From positions 192,001 to 256,000 of the forward strand of contig CBFIDD010000001.1 of NCBI GenBank assembly GCA_965661285.1: a stretch of DNA of 64,000 bases. The letters are read 5' to 3'. The notes beneath the pieces are model-generated. The model searched no databases. It was not told the DNA's origin and saw only the letters and a list, made by a program, of their open reading frames with translations. Position 1 is the first letter of the stretch. Every line of letters begins with the position of its first letter. Origin of the DNA: Poseidonia sp. (GTDB taxonomy: Archaea; Thermoplasmatota; Poseidoniia; Poseidoniales; Poseidoniaceae). Positions 28,288 through 37,537 of the stretch are shown one piece after another. Both the position numbers and the translations under genes were made by a program.

Positions 28288-29334
28288 TTAACGGGGTGGC
28301 CATTCAAGGTGGCCGGGTTCGACGGAGCATTGCACGTGGGGGCCCGAAGTGCGCTCGACCAGGCCCAACGGCGCATCGCAGGTCGGGCAGCGGCCTGTGT
28401 CAGCCACATGTTCCATCCATGCTGCTCTCGTCTCGGGCTCATCGCTGGCCTGCACGAGGTTTTTCAGCGGTTCACGCAAATGTTTGGGAACCTCGAGGCC
28501 ACGGGCTGTCCACGGGTCTTGGACCGTGGTCAAGTCCACCATGTTGGCCTTCATGCGCCGCCGCTTCGCTGCATGAGCGTCGCCCTGACTTGGCCCTCCG
28601 TCAACAACACCCAACGCAACCGGACCCCCCTTGGCCACCAACGGCAGGAGAGCGTAGGCCGCAACGAAGCCACCGATGTGAGCCATGTGCGCAATGCCGC
28701 TTGACACCCCAGCGTCCATTGTGGCGAGCGCCCGGGCCAATTCCAAACCGAAATACAGAAGCGCGATGAAGACCACGGGCCAAGGGCGAATGAGCAACAG
28801 GGGAAACGGAATCTCGTCCCTTGGCCAGCCGGCAAGGTAGGCCCCGAGCAGGCCAAAAGCGGCCCCTGACGCACCAAGCGCGGGCGTGTAGGAGTCGGCG
28901 TTGAAGGCCACCCAGCCCAACGAACCACCGAAGAGACCGATGACGTAAACAACAGCGAATCGCTTGGCACCAAGACGTTGTTCCAACGGCACGCCAACCA
29001 AAGCCAGAATGACGACGTTGCCCAACACGTGCATCATATCGCCTTGGCTGTGAAGAAAACCAGCCGTAGCCAACGTGTGCACAAAGGCAGGCTCAAAGGC
29101 GCGAACCGGAACGAGGACGAAATCACTCCACACCCAGTAGTTCACCAACCCCCAATTGTACAACAGGGCCCAAAGCACCTGAACCACCGCGCCCAGCAGA
29201 ACCGAGACCGTGATGCCCATTGCCACCGAGGTCCGTGTTCGAACGGCGTAGAAAAGGGGTGCAACGATGGCCACAAACCAAAGCAGCAGCACCGCCCACT
29301 CCATCGTGTTGAACAGCGACATGGCGAAGGCCAT
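28288..29334 (-). CDS. Rhomboid intramembrane serine protease with C-terminal Cys/His extension
   Basis: FLH...HVLGN, GASG catalytic Ser, AHIGG catalytic His; soluble C-terminus with CPTC...C...H. Confidence 0.9.
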   Translation of the reverse strand: MAFAMSLFNTMEWAVLLLWFVAIVAPLFYAVRTRTSVAMGITVSVLLGAVVQVLWALLYNWGLVNYWVWSDFVLVPVRAFEPAFVHTLATAGFLHSQGDMMHVLGNVVILALVGVPLEQRLGAKRFAVVYVIGLFGGSLGWVAFNADSYTPALGASGAAFGLLGAYLAGWPRDEIPFPLLLIRPWPVVFIALLYFGLELARALATMDAGVSSGIAHMAHIGGFVAAYALLPLVAKGGPVALGVVDGGPSQGDAHAAKRRRMKANMVDLTTVQDPWTARGLEVPKHLREPLKNLVQASDEPETRAAWMEHVADTGRCPTCDAPLGLVERTSGPHVQCSVEPGHLEWPPR

Positions 29335-29423
29335 AGGAGGCGCTCTGCTTCCCTCTCTTTTGAGTTGATGTCTCAACGGGCGAAAACAGGAGGGTTCTTC
29401 CTTGGCGAACCTTTCCCCGCAAC

Positions 29424-30638
29424 ATGGCCAAGGCCTTGCTCAACCTCGACGGCGTGCAGGTTCGCCGAGGCATGAGGACCGTGTTGGACGGGTGTTCCCT
29501 CGCCGTCAACAGCGGGCAAACCGTGGTGTTGACCGGAGCCAACGGTGCGGGCAAGTCAACACTGCTTGAAACAGCCGTTGGCCTGCTTCCCATGGAAGCG
29601 GGTCGCGTTCACCACGGTGGCATGTTGGTCGCCGACGGCGAAGGGCGCCGACGCAACGCCCCGCAGACACTGGGCATGGTGCTCCAGCGAAACGGTATGC
29701 TGGGGAGTGAACTTCTCGGTGAACACCTGTCCACCGCCATGTCGATGAGCGGCCAAAGCGTTGACGTGGAGCCTTTTCTCGAGGCCTTCAACCTGACCCA
29801 CCGAGCCAACGACCTCGTCGCCCATCTCTCTCAAGGCCAGGCACGCAAGGTCGCTGTCCTTGCAGGATTGCTTCCCGCCTTCGCCAGCACCGAACCGGCC
29901 TTGGTGATCTTGGATGAACCCGATGCAGGTTTGGACGACGCTTCGATAGAAACGCTCGTGAGCTGGATCAACGAATTGCGGAGTATGGGCCACGGGTTGC
30001 TGATCGCCACCCACGACGAGCGAATCGTGGAGCAGGCCAGCCATTTGTTCAATGTGGACGAGGGCGAGGTTCGCACCGCATCAGCGCCAGAAGACGTCCA
30101 CCCAGCCACCCGCAGCGCAACCAAGGTGAAACCCGTTTCTCGAGCGGCCTTCGGGGTGCAAATCCATCTGCGAACCATGATGTGGCTCAACACCAACGCG
30201 ATGGCCGGACTCCTCACGCTCGGCATCTTACTCGCTCTGGGTGATTTCATGGATGGGTTGGACGCGTTGCAACGGATGGGTTTCATTCTCGCCCCCACGC
30301 TGGCCGTCGGCCTGTGCGGTGAGCCGCTCGTCGCTGCTCTTCGCGAGGAGCGAGCCGGCGTGTGGTGGCGTGCGGTCGGTGGCGGCGAGCCCCATGCAGG
30401 CTGGATGCCGTTGGCCATCGGTGCCGCATTCACGTTCCTTTCGACCAACGGTCTGGGCGAAGCACGCGAAGCCTCCACCGTCCTCGTCGGGGCTGCCCTG
30501 TGCTTCGTGGTGTGGCACAGCGTGGGGTGGATGCAACGGTCAACGCAACGTCTTGCGCGCCCTCACGCCGTGTTTGTGGGGTTGCTCACACCCGTGCTGA
30601 TTTTACCCTACTCGCTCCTCATTTCCGTGCTCGCATGA
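29424..30638 (+). CDS. ABC ATPase fused to a multi-TM domain; probable CcmA-CcmB fusion
   Basis: GANGAGKST, LSQGQ, ILDEP, ATHD, then about 160 aa with 5-6 hydrophobic helices; immediately upstream of ccmC. CcmB identity of the TM part is inferred from context. Confidence 0.65.
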   Translation: MAKALLNLDGVQVRRGMRTVLDGCSLAVNSGQTVVLTGANGAGKSTLLETAVGLLPMEAGRVHHGGMLVADGEGRRRNAPQTLGMVLQRNGMLGSELLGEHLSTAMSMSGQSVDVEPFLEAFNLTHRANDLVAHLSQGQARKVAVLAGLLPAFASTEPALVILDEPDAGLDDASIETLVSWINELRSMGHGLLIATHDERIVEQASHLFNVDEGEVRTASAPEDVHPATRSATKVKPVSRAAFGVQIHLRTMMWLNTNAMAGLLTLGILLALGDFMDGLDALQRMGFILAPTLAVGLCGEPLVAALREERAGVWWRAVGGGEPHAGWMPLAIGAAFTFLSTNGLGEAREASTVLVGAALCFVVWHSVGWMQRSTQRLARPHAVFVGLLTPVLILPYSLLISVLA

Positions 30639-30680
30639 GACAAACACCAAGTTCAAGGAGGACAATTCAGCCCGTCGGCC

Positions 30681-31376
30681 ATGAGGTTGGGAGAAGCCGT
30701 GTTGTTGACCGGTTTCTTGGGCATTGGTGCAACCCTCCTTCTCGCCCTTCTTTGGGCGCCAAGCGTCTCCCTCGATGCGTTTGAATCGCCGGCGGCCCAG
30801 CGTATTTTCTACTGGCATGTTCCAGCCGCATGGGCCGCGTTCATCGCCTTTGGAGCACTCTTCGTCGGTTCGGCAGGCTGGCTGTTCAAGCGGTCCGAAT
30901 GGATGTGGCGTCTGCATGTGGCCGGTTCGGAGGCCGGCCTCGCCACCGGACTCATGACCGTGTGGTCGGGTTGCGTTTGGGGCGCTGCCGAGTGGGGGAC
31001 ACCGTGGGATTGGACCGATGTTCGATTGAACACCTTCGGACTGCTGACCCTGCTCGCCATCTATGTCGTCCTCGGACGAAACAGCCAGCCAGACGGTGTT
31101 GAAACGAGAGACACCTTCGCCGCCTTCGGACTCTACGGCTTTGTTTTGGTTCCGCTCACCTACATCGCCACGCGCATTTGGACCATCCGTCATCCCGGGC
31201 CCGTGGTCGCCACCGGCGATGAGGGTTCCATCAACGGCGACATGGGCCTCGTGCTCCTGATAGGGGCGGTCTCATTTACCGTCTTCATCATCGGTCACAT
31301 GATGGCCTCCATGCGGTTGACGTCGATGGAACAGCGATTGGAACGAATGCAGCAAGGCCTTGACGGTGGTGTTTGA
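30681..31376 (+). CDS. ccmC: Heme-handling protein CcmC (cytochrome c biogenesis system I)
   Basis: RIFYWHVPAAW, WWD motif WGAAEWGTPWDWTDVR, second His in IRHPGP. Confidence 0.9.
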   Translation: MRLGEAVLLTGFLGIGATLLLALLWAPSVSLDAFESPAAQRIFYWHVPAAWAAFIAFGALFVGSAGWLFKRSEWMWRLHVAGSEAGLATGLMTVWSGCVWGAAEWGTPWDWTDVRLNTFGLLTLLAIYVVLGRNSQPDGVETRDTFAAFGLYGFVLVPLTYIATRIWTIRHPGPVVATGDEGSINGDMGLVLLIGAVSFTVFIIGHMMASMRLTSMEQRLERMQQGLDGGV

Positions 31377-31377
31377 A

Positions 31378-31542
31378 ATGGAAGGCATGACCTATCTCGC
31401 CATCGCCTATTTTGGCATGCTCGTGGCCATCGGCTTGTGGACATGGACGGTGGTGCAACGAAGTCGGCGGCTCGACCAGCGCCTCCTCGCCATGGAGGCG
31501 GCCAGCGCCAAAACCGATGAGGACGCTCCTTCCGAGGCGTAG
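31378..31542 (+). CDS. CcmD-like small single-TM protein
   Basis: 54 aa starting 1 nt after the ccmC stop; YLAIAY plus TM helix plus RSRRLDQRL charged helix. Confidence 0.65.
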   Translation: MEGMTYLAIAYFGMLVAIGLWTWTVVQRSRRLDQRLLAMEAASAKTDEDAPSEA

Positions 31543-31584
31543 TCTTTCAAAGGCTGTGCCGCGACAGGGGGGGCAGGGAGACGC

Positions 31585-32661
31585 ATGTCAGCGCAACTCG
31601 GCGGAGAGTTTTGTTTGGTCTGCGGTGCAGACCCTCCCCTCTTTGGCGACCGTATGTGCGAACCGTGCCTCCGGGCCCGAACCGTCCTTGCCAAAGTTCC
31701 CGAAAATGTACCGTGGGTGCGTTGTGCGCGATGCGGCATTGTTGAGATCGAAGGGAAGTGGGAAAACACCACTGAAAACGAAGTGTGGGACGAATTGCTC
31801 CATCGAAATTTGGTGGTTCACGAACGGGCCGAAGACATCCAACTGGCGATGGAACCGGTCAAGGTATCCGACCGACACACGCTGCTCCACATCCAACTTG
31901 AAGGCGTCATCGACAACCTCCTGTTTCAGGAAGAACACACGATGCGAGCACGGATGGCCAACGGCGTGTGCCTCACCTGCACCCGCAGGGCAGGGAATTA
32001 CTTCGAAGCAACAGTGCAACTCCGCTCGAGTGCACGCCGCTTGAGCGAAGATGAATTCAAGCGCCTGCGAGCCACCCTCGAAGACGTTCTGGACAAATTG
32101 TCCGACGACCCCATGTTCTTCATCACCTCTGAAGGCCCTGTGACCGGCGGCTACGATGTCGTGTTGGGCAGCAAAGGCCTCGCCAGGGCATGGGGGCGAC
32201 ATCTCACCGCCGAGTACGGCGGCATGGTGGTTGAAACGAACTCCACCGTGGGGCGAAAAGACGGGGTGGATGTCACTCGACTGACGCTGCTCTATCGCAA
32301 ACCTGGCTACGAGATTGGCGACGTCGTGCAGTGGAGAAATCATTTCTGGCGACCCTCATCGTGGACGAAGGAAGGGGCCATCATGGAACGTGTTGACCGC
32401 CGTGAGCGGACGGGTGCTTCGTGGCGCGATTTGGAGCAGGCGAAGGTGTTGGCGCAACGCAAGGAATTCATCGAAGTCGATTTCATCAACGAAGATGCAT
32501 CTGCGGGCGAATTCCTCGATCCCACCACATGGAAGATGAGCCTTGTTCGACTCCCCTACGACCACGACCCGGGACGAAAGGGGTTGTTGATGCGACACGA
32601 CGAGGACTGGATCGCGCTGCCCTACATGGCCATCGACACCCCCGAACTGCAGGAGGATTGA
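31585..32661 (+). CDS. nmd3: NMD3 family ribosome biogenesis protein
   Basis: Four CxxC pairs (CLVC, CEPC, CARC, CLTC), YFEATVQLR, VGRKDG. Confidence 0.9.
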   Translation: MSAQLGGEFCLVCGADPPLFGDRMCEPCLRARTVLAKVPENVPWVRCARCGIVEIEGKWENTTENEVWDELLHRNLVVHERAEDIQLAMEPVKVSDRHTLLHIQLEGVIDNLLFQEEHTMRARMANGVCLTCTRRAGNYFEATVQLRSSARRLSEDEFKRLRATLEDVLDKLSDDPMFFITSEGPVTGGYDVVLGSKGLARAWGRHLTAEYGGMVVETNSTVGRKDGVDVTRLTLLYRKPGYEIGDVVQWRNHFWRPSSWTKEGAIMERVDRRERTGASWRDLEQAKVLAQRKEFIEVDFINEDASAGEFLDPTTWKMSLVRLPYDHDPGRKGLLMRHDEDWIALPYMAIDTPELQED

Positions 32662-32663
32662 GC

Positions 32664-33767
32664 ATGCAAACCGATGAGACAGCACCCGTACCAACCCTGG
32701 CCGACCTCGCAGCGCGGTATGACAACGAGGGCATGGTGGGGTTCACGCAACGGTTCCATGATGACCTGAGAAGAGGTTTTGAGGCCGTCAACGAGACCCG
32801 TTTTCCCTGGCTGAGCGAACTCAAACAGGCCCCTTGGAGCGGTGTGCTGTGTCTGGGCATGGGCGGCAGCGCAGCGGGAGGCGATTTCCTCGCAGCGTTA
32901 ACGGCGAATTCCGGAGGATGTCCTGTAATGGTGCATCGAGACTACTCGCTCCCGGCGTGGTTCGACGCCACGTGGCTGGTGCTCGCAACAAGCCACAGTG
33001 GAAACACCGAAGAGACGGTGGCTGCGGCCGAAGCGGCTTTGCAACACGGCGCAACCGTCATCGTCATCGCAACGGGCGGTGTGTTGGCGGGTTTGCCCGA
33101 ACTCTCACCCCGCTGCCACCTTCTTCCCACGATCGGAGGGCAACCCCCTCGCACCGCGTTTGGTCATATTTTCAGCCGCCAAGTGGCGTGTTTGGAACAC
33201 CTCGGCCTGCTGACATCGCAGACCGCCGAAGATCGAGAAGCCATGCTCAAGCGGTTGGAAGCGAGCAACGAGCACTTCGATGTCCTGGCGCAACCCGAGG
33301 GCGACATTGCCCTGCTGGCTGCGGCTCTGCTCAACCAACCGCTCGCCGTGGTCGGACCGAGTGAATTGGCTCCTGCGCTCAACCGCTTCAAGAACCAGAT
33401 GAATGAAAACGCTGCACGCTTTGTTCGAGTTGGCGTCCTGCCCGAGATGAACCACAACGAAAGCGTGGCGTGGGGCGGTGTTGGACCGGATGGCGATGAG
33501 CGCGCCTCCGAACAAGCCTTGCTGTTGTTGACGTGGCCGGGCATGCACGGGCGAGTTCAACAGCGATTGGACTGGATGGTGGCGCACTCACCGACCGAAA
33601 CCGCTTGGAATTTAGCCGGCGAAGGCGAGTCGCTGTTGGAATGCATGCTCTATCACTGCCTCGTGATGGATTGGCTCTCCATCACGCTGGCCTTTTTGCA
33701 CGGCAAAGACCCGGCCGCCATCGCTCCCATCAACGCCCTCAAGGCTCATCTCAACAGCGTTCAGTAG
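32664..33767 (+). CDS. Bifunctional phosphoglucose/phosphomannose isomerase (SIS)
   Basis: GMGGSAAGG, SHSGNTEET, ATGG, QPPR, KNQMNENA, PEMNHNE. Confidence 0.88.
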   Translation: MQTDETAPVPTLADLAARYDNEGMVGFTQRFHDDLRRGFEAVNETRFPWLSELKQAPWSGVLCLGMGGSAAGGDFLAALTANSGGCPVMVHRDYSLPAWFDATWLVLATSHSGNTEETVAAAEAALQHGATVIVIATGGVLAGLPELSPRCHLLPTIGGQPPRTAFGHIFSRQVACLEHLGLLTSQTAEDREAMLKRLEASNEHFDVLAQPEGDIALLAAALLNQPLAVVGPSELAPALNRFKNQMNENAARFVRVGVLPEMNHNESVAWGGVGPDGDERASEQALLLLTWPGMHGRVQQRLDWMVAHSPTETAWNLAGEGESLLECMLYHCLVMDWLSITLAFLHGKDPAAIAPINALKAHLNSVQ

Positions 33768-34384
33768 AGCGGTCCGCAGATCAGCCGAGGGTCAGGGTAC
33801 CGATTGAGGGCCTCTGAGCGGTCATCTTGACGAACCACGCCGGGCAAATCGCCGTTCTCCGGCGCTTCCCACGACATCTGAACGTGAACATGGGGGGGCC
33901 AACCGCCGTTTTCCTCCTCGTGCCCCATCAAGGCAAGGACATCGCCCTGTGCAAACGCATCGCCGCTCTTCCAGTGGGCAATGCTGTCCCAACTGAGGTG
34001 CCCGTAAAGGACCCAAAAGGTGCTTTCCTCGTCGCTGAGGGGACCGCCTACCTCAGTTGGTAGCGGAAGGGTGTGCTTCGTGATGAGGGTTGGGCCGTAG
34101 GATCCGTCCTCGTCGTTGACGGTCACGTGGACGATTTCGCCCGCACCAAAAGCATGGACCGGCGTCTGGACCGGCCCGCCCAAATCCAAACCCACGTGAT
34201 GGTCCCGTTCACCGGCGAACAATTCGGTGGTGTACATCGACGGCCGGTGTTCGTCGTACCTGCCGACCGAATAGGGATAGGGTGCCTGCCAAGCCACTGG
34301 GCTTGGTTTGGTGAAATCATGAACCCAGTACGGACCGTCAAACACCACGGTTGGGTGATAATGGAAGGTCGTGATGGAGGTCAT
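33761..34384 (-). CDS. M23 family metallopeptidase, no signal peptide
   Basis: HVGLD (HxxxD), YG, LYGHL, GGWPPHVH (HxH), terminal DP. Confidence 0.85.
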   Translation of the reverse strand: MTSITTFHYHPTVVFDGPYWVHDFTKPSPVAWQAPYPYSVGRYDEHRPSMYTTELFAGERDHHVGLDLGGPVQTPVHAFGAGEIVHVTVNDEDGSYGPTLITKHTLPLPTEVGGPLSDEESTFWVLYGHLSWDSIAHWKSGDAFAQGDVLALMGHEEENGGWPPHVHVQMSWEAPENGDLPGVVRQDDRSEALNRYPDPRLICGPLY

Positions 34385-34457
34385 CGGTCCGGCGAGGGCG
34401 TGTTTCTACTTGAGTTTTCGGCGAATCATCAAAACATGGCTTGGGCGTGGTGGGTCC

Positions 34458-36758
34458 ATGCTCGGTAGTGCCGTGGTCGTGTTGACCCCGAGTATGCTGC
34501 CCGGTTGGGCCCTCAGCACGGTCCTGGATGGAAGCAGTGACCGTTTTCGCAAGGTACTGCTTGCTCCGGCGTTGGGTCTGCTCTTGCTGTACGGCCTTTC
34601 GGGCACGCTGGTGCTGCTTGACCTGTGGTCGCCGTTGTTGCTGGGCCTGGGTCTCCTCGCCGCCAATGCCGTGGCGTATCGGCTGATTCATCAGCGGCAC
34701 GAGGTGTTGGCCAAACGAACGCGGTGGCAACAGCTTGAAGCCGCCATGCACGGGGAGATTTCCGAAGAAACCGATGCGCCATCGTTGAGCAAGGAAGCCG
34801 AAATTCAACTCGAATTCCAACGCCACCGGTCAACGCCGTTGATGGCGCTGAGCGTGGTCATCGCCGCCACAGCCATGCTCTCACCGTTGATTCAACGCCT
34901 GCCCTTTGGCGTGGATTGGATTGGATTTGCCATGCTCACACAACAGTTGGTGTTGGAGGGCAATCTCAGCCTGCCGGGCACCAACGAAGGCTTCTGGACC
35001 TACCCACCTGCCTTTCCCTCGGTCGCTGCATGGGTGGCGACACTCACCGGCCAAGACGCCGGCACGGCGGTGTTTCATCTCGGGCATTACACCCTGTTTG
35101 TCCTGCTGGTGGGACTCATGGGCTCGCTTGACCGCCACGGGGCGGGAGCCCACGCCATGTTGGCGATGGGCTTGGGGCTCGGATTGTTTGCCAAGACCTT
35201 TGATTCGGGTTTTCCGAGCGTGGCCAGTCAACTGGGTTTGGTCGTGGGGATATTGGTGCTCTTCCGCCATGCCGACCAGCGACAAAAACACCACACCATC
35301 GGCATGTGCGTCGCCTTGTTTTCCGTCGCGCTGATTCATCCCACCGGCGCCATTTACCTCGCCCTTCTGTTGTTCAGCCACGTCATGCACGGCCTGGCGC
35401 TGGAAAACGAAGAACATCGGGACCTCGTTCGACGGCTGGCGTACATCGCATCGGCGTTCATCACCGTGGGCTTTGCTGTGGCCCTTCTCGTCATCGCCCC
35501 GCGACTGTTCGACGAAGCGGTCTTTTCCGAATACGGCTGGCAGGGCGGACGGCCGCTGCTGGTGTACAACGGCGTGCTGCTGGCGTTTGGAGGGGTGGCC
35601 GCCGTGGCGCTTCGAACAACACTCGAAGGACGCATCGCCATCACATGGTTTGCACTTCTTTGGTTGCTAAGCATCGTCCATCTCGTGGAAGGGTTACGCT
35701 ACATCCCCGTCCTCTCGTTGTTGTCCTACACGTTGTATTCCATGGCGCTGCACGCCTTCCATGTCCCCCTGGCCGTTTTGGTGGCGCTGTGGTGGTCGCC
35801 CCACACCAACCTCACCCCGCATCTGGAAACCTCCTCCACGCCCACGGCCATGCCCCGCGCCCTCTCCGTCACCCTAGTGGTTGCAGTGCTTGCGGGCACC
35901 CTGATGGCGCAGTCCGTGGCCTTCTCCCTCGCACAGCATGAAGAACTCATGGCGGTCTCTCCTGGCGATCTGGAACTGCGCCGTTCACTTGACACCATCA
36001 GCGGGGCGGTCTACACCGAAAACATGCATTGGGGCTACATTTGGGACGCCCCTTCGAGCATCCAAACCACCTCGATTCCGACGCTGGGGTTGGTCCACCT
36101 GACGGCCAGCGAACACGCCAACGCCACCCAAGCCATGTTCCTCAACAACATCTCGTACTTTGAAGATCACAACATGCGACATGCGCTGACCTCACCGCTG
36201 GGCACCATGCAGTGGACGCTGGCCGGTTCCCCCTACTGGAACGTCGGCCTTCGCACCGACGGCGCCACCCTGTGGGTGCTGCAACCAGACGGTGATGCGC
36301 CGGTGGATGTGCTGACCGGTATCGATGAGGAGGATTGCTCAGCGTGTGAGGCTCGCCTTGACCCGTGGAGAAACCACAAGTTCCGCGACCCACTCGAGTT
36401 GGGCGAAGACCGGCCCTTCCTGCACGAAGGTACGGTGGGCGACCTTGCCATTGAAGCGCCTGAGGACGCCCAAAGCATGTGCCTTATCTACGAGGTCATC
36501 GGGCAAACCGGAGGCCTCTATCTTCAGTCCTCCGCTGGCCTAGAGCGACCGTTTCACGCACTGCGTTCGGACGCCGGCTACCACCAAGCGTGCTTTGATG
36601 TTGAAAACGCCAGTGAACTGACGACCGTACGCTTGGAATGGGACGAGACAAAAGCATCGAGGTGGCTCAATCCACTCGGGCTATCGGGACGGGATACGGT
36701 GTTGTTTGACCGGACCGGCGTCAAACTTCAGTGGTTGAGCTGGTCCACCGGCACATGA
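34458..36758 (+). CDS. Large multi-pass membrane protein, possibly GT-C fold (DUF6541-like)
   Basis: More than 12 hydrophobic helices, loop motifs PFGVDW and YPPAF, HPTG, soluble C-terminal domain; adjacent to a GT2 gene. Confidence 0.6.
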   Translation: MLGSAVVVLTPSMLPGWALSTVLDGSSDRFRKVLLAPALGLLLLYGLSGTLVLLDLWSPLLLGLGLLAANAVAYRLIHQRHEVLAKRTRWQQLEAAMHGEISEETDAPSLSKEAEIQLEFQRHRSTPLMALSVVIAATAMLSPLIQRLPFGVDWIGFAMLTQQLVLEGNLSLPGTNEGFWTYPPAFPSVAAWVATLTGQDAGTAVFHLGHYTLFVLLVGLMGSLDRHGAGAHAMLAMGLGLGLFAKTFDSGFPSVASQLGLVVGILVLFRHADQRQKHHTIGMCVALFSVALIHPTGAIYLALLLFSHVMHGLALENEEHRDLVRRLAYIASAFITVGFAVALLVIAPRLFDEAVFSEYGWQGGRPLLVYNGVLLAFGGVAAVALRTTLEGRIAITWFALLWLLSIVHLVEGLRYIPVLSLLSYTLYSMALHAFHVPLAVLVALWWSPHTNLTPHLETSSTPTAMPRALSVTLVVAVLAGTLMAQSVAFSLAQHEELMAVSPGDLELRRSLDTISGAVYTENMHWGYIWDAPSSIQTTSIPTLGLVHLTASEHANATQAMFLNNISYFEDHNMRHALTSPLGTMQWTLAGSPYWNVGLRTDGATLWVLQPDGDAPVDVLTGIDEEDCSACEARLDPWRNHKFRDPLELGEDRPFLHEGTVGDLAIEAPEDAQSMCLIYEVIGQTGGLYLQSSAGLERPFHALRSDAGYHQACFDVENASELTTVRLEWDETKASRWLNPLGLSGRDTVLFDRTGVKLQWLSWSTGT

Positions 36759-36771
36759 ACGGCAAATACAT

Positions 36772-37497
36772 GTGGAAGAAGCCCGAGGCGTAACCATGCA
36801 ACACCTCGTTGTTATGCTCCCCGTCCTCAACGAGGCGTTGGGGTTGGCGTGGGTGTTGGAGCGCCTGCCTTACAGGCGTTTGAAGGCCATGGGGTACACG
36901 ACAACAGTGCTGGTCATGGACGGCCACAGCACCGACGGAACCGTTGAGGTGGCGCGTGAATACGATGCGGTGCTGGTCGACCAGGACGACATCGGCAAAG
37001 GAAGCGCCATACGCCATGGATTTCGCGAAGCACTCCGTCTTGAGGCGGATGCTGTGGTCATGCTGGATGCTGACGGCACCTATGCGCCCAGTGAAATGAC
37101 CCGATTGCTGAACCGTCTTGATGAGGGAGGTGTCGTCATTGGAGACCGATTGAACGGAAGGATGGCCCCTGATGCGATGACCCGCTTGAATTTCATCGGA
37201 AACCACATGCTGACCTGGTTCGCGACGGCCCTCTTTGGAGTGACCACCTCCGACGTGTGCTCGGGGTATTGGGCGTTCAGCAGCGAGGCGATGCACACCC
37301 TCCGACTCAACAGCAGCTCGTTCGAAATTGAGGCCGAGATGTTTGCAAGCATGGTCCACCTTGGCGTCCCGTTTTCGTTTGAACCCATCAGTTATGGCCC
37401 TCGAATTGGCGAGGCAAAACTCGGCTCCACCGCCGACGGTTGGCAAATTCTGCGGAAGTTGATCACCCGTCGCATCTTCCCTGAACCGCTGCCATAA
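36772..37497 (+). CDS. GT2 glycosyltransferase, DPM1-like (polyprenol-phosphate glycosyltransferase)
   Basis: PVLNE, DGHSTDGT, GKGSA, LDADGTY, DVCSGY, FEIEAEM, RIGEAKL. Start may be ATG 36796. Confidence 0.9.
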   Translation: MEEARGVTMQHLVVMLPVLNEALGLAWVLERLPYRRLKAMGYTTTVLVMDGHSTDGTVEVAREYDAVLVDQDDIGKGSAIRHGFREALRLEADAVVMLDADGTYAPSEMTRLLNRLDEGGVVIGDRLNGRMAPDAMTRLNFIGNHMLTWFATALFGVTTSDVCSGYWAFSSEAMHTLRLNSSSFEIEAEMFASMVHLGVPFSFEPISYGPRIGEAKLGSTADGWQILRKLITRRIFPEPLP

Positions 37498-37537
37498 CCT
37501 TGGAAGCCCTCAAATCCCAAGCGAGGCTCCGAGGACC

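Noticed and set aside
32421-32663. N-terminal extension of PGI/PMI (and similar extensions at 38334, 40631, 48271 and 55396)
   Set aside because: They overlap neighbouring genes or promoters; downstream ATGs fit the family N-termini.
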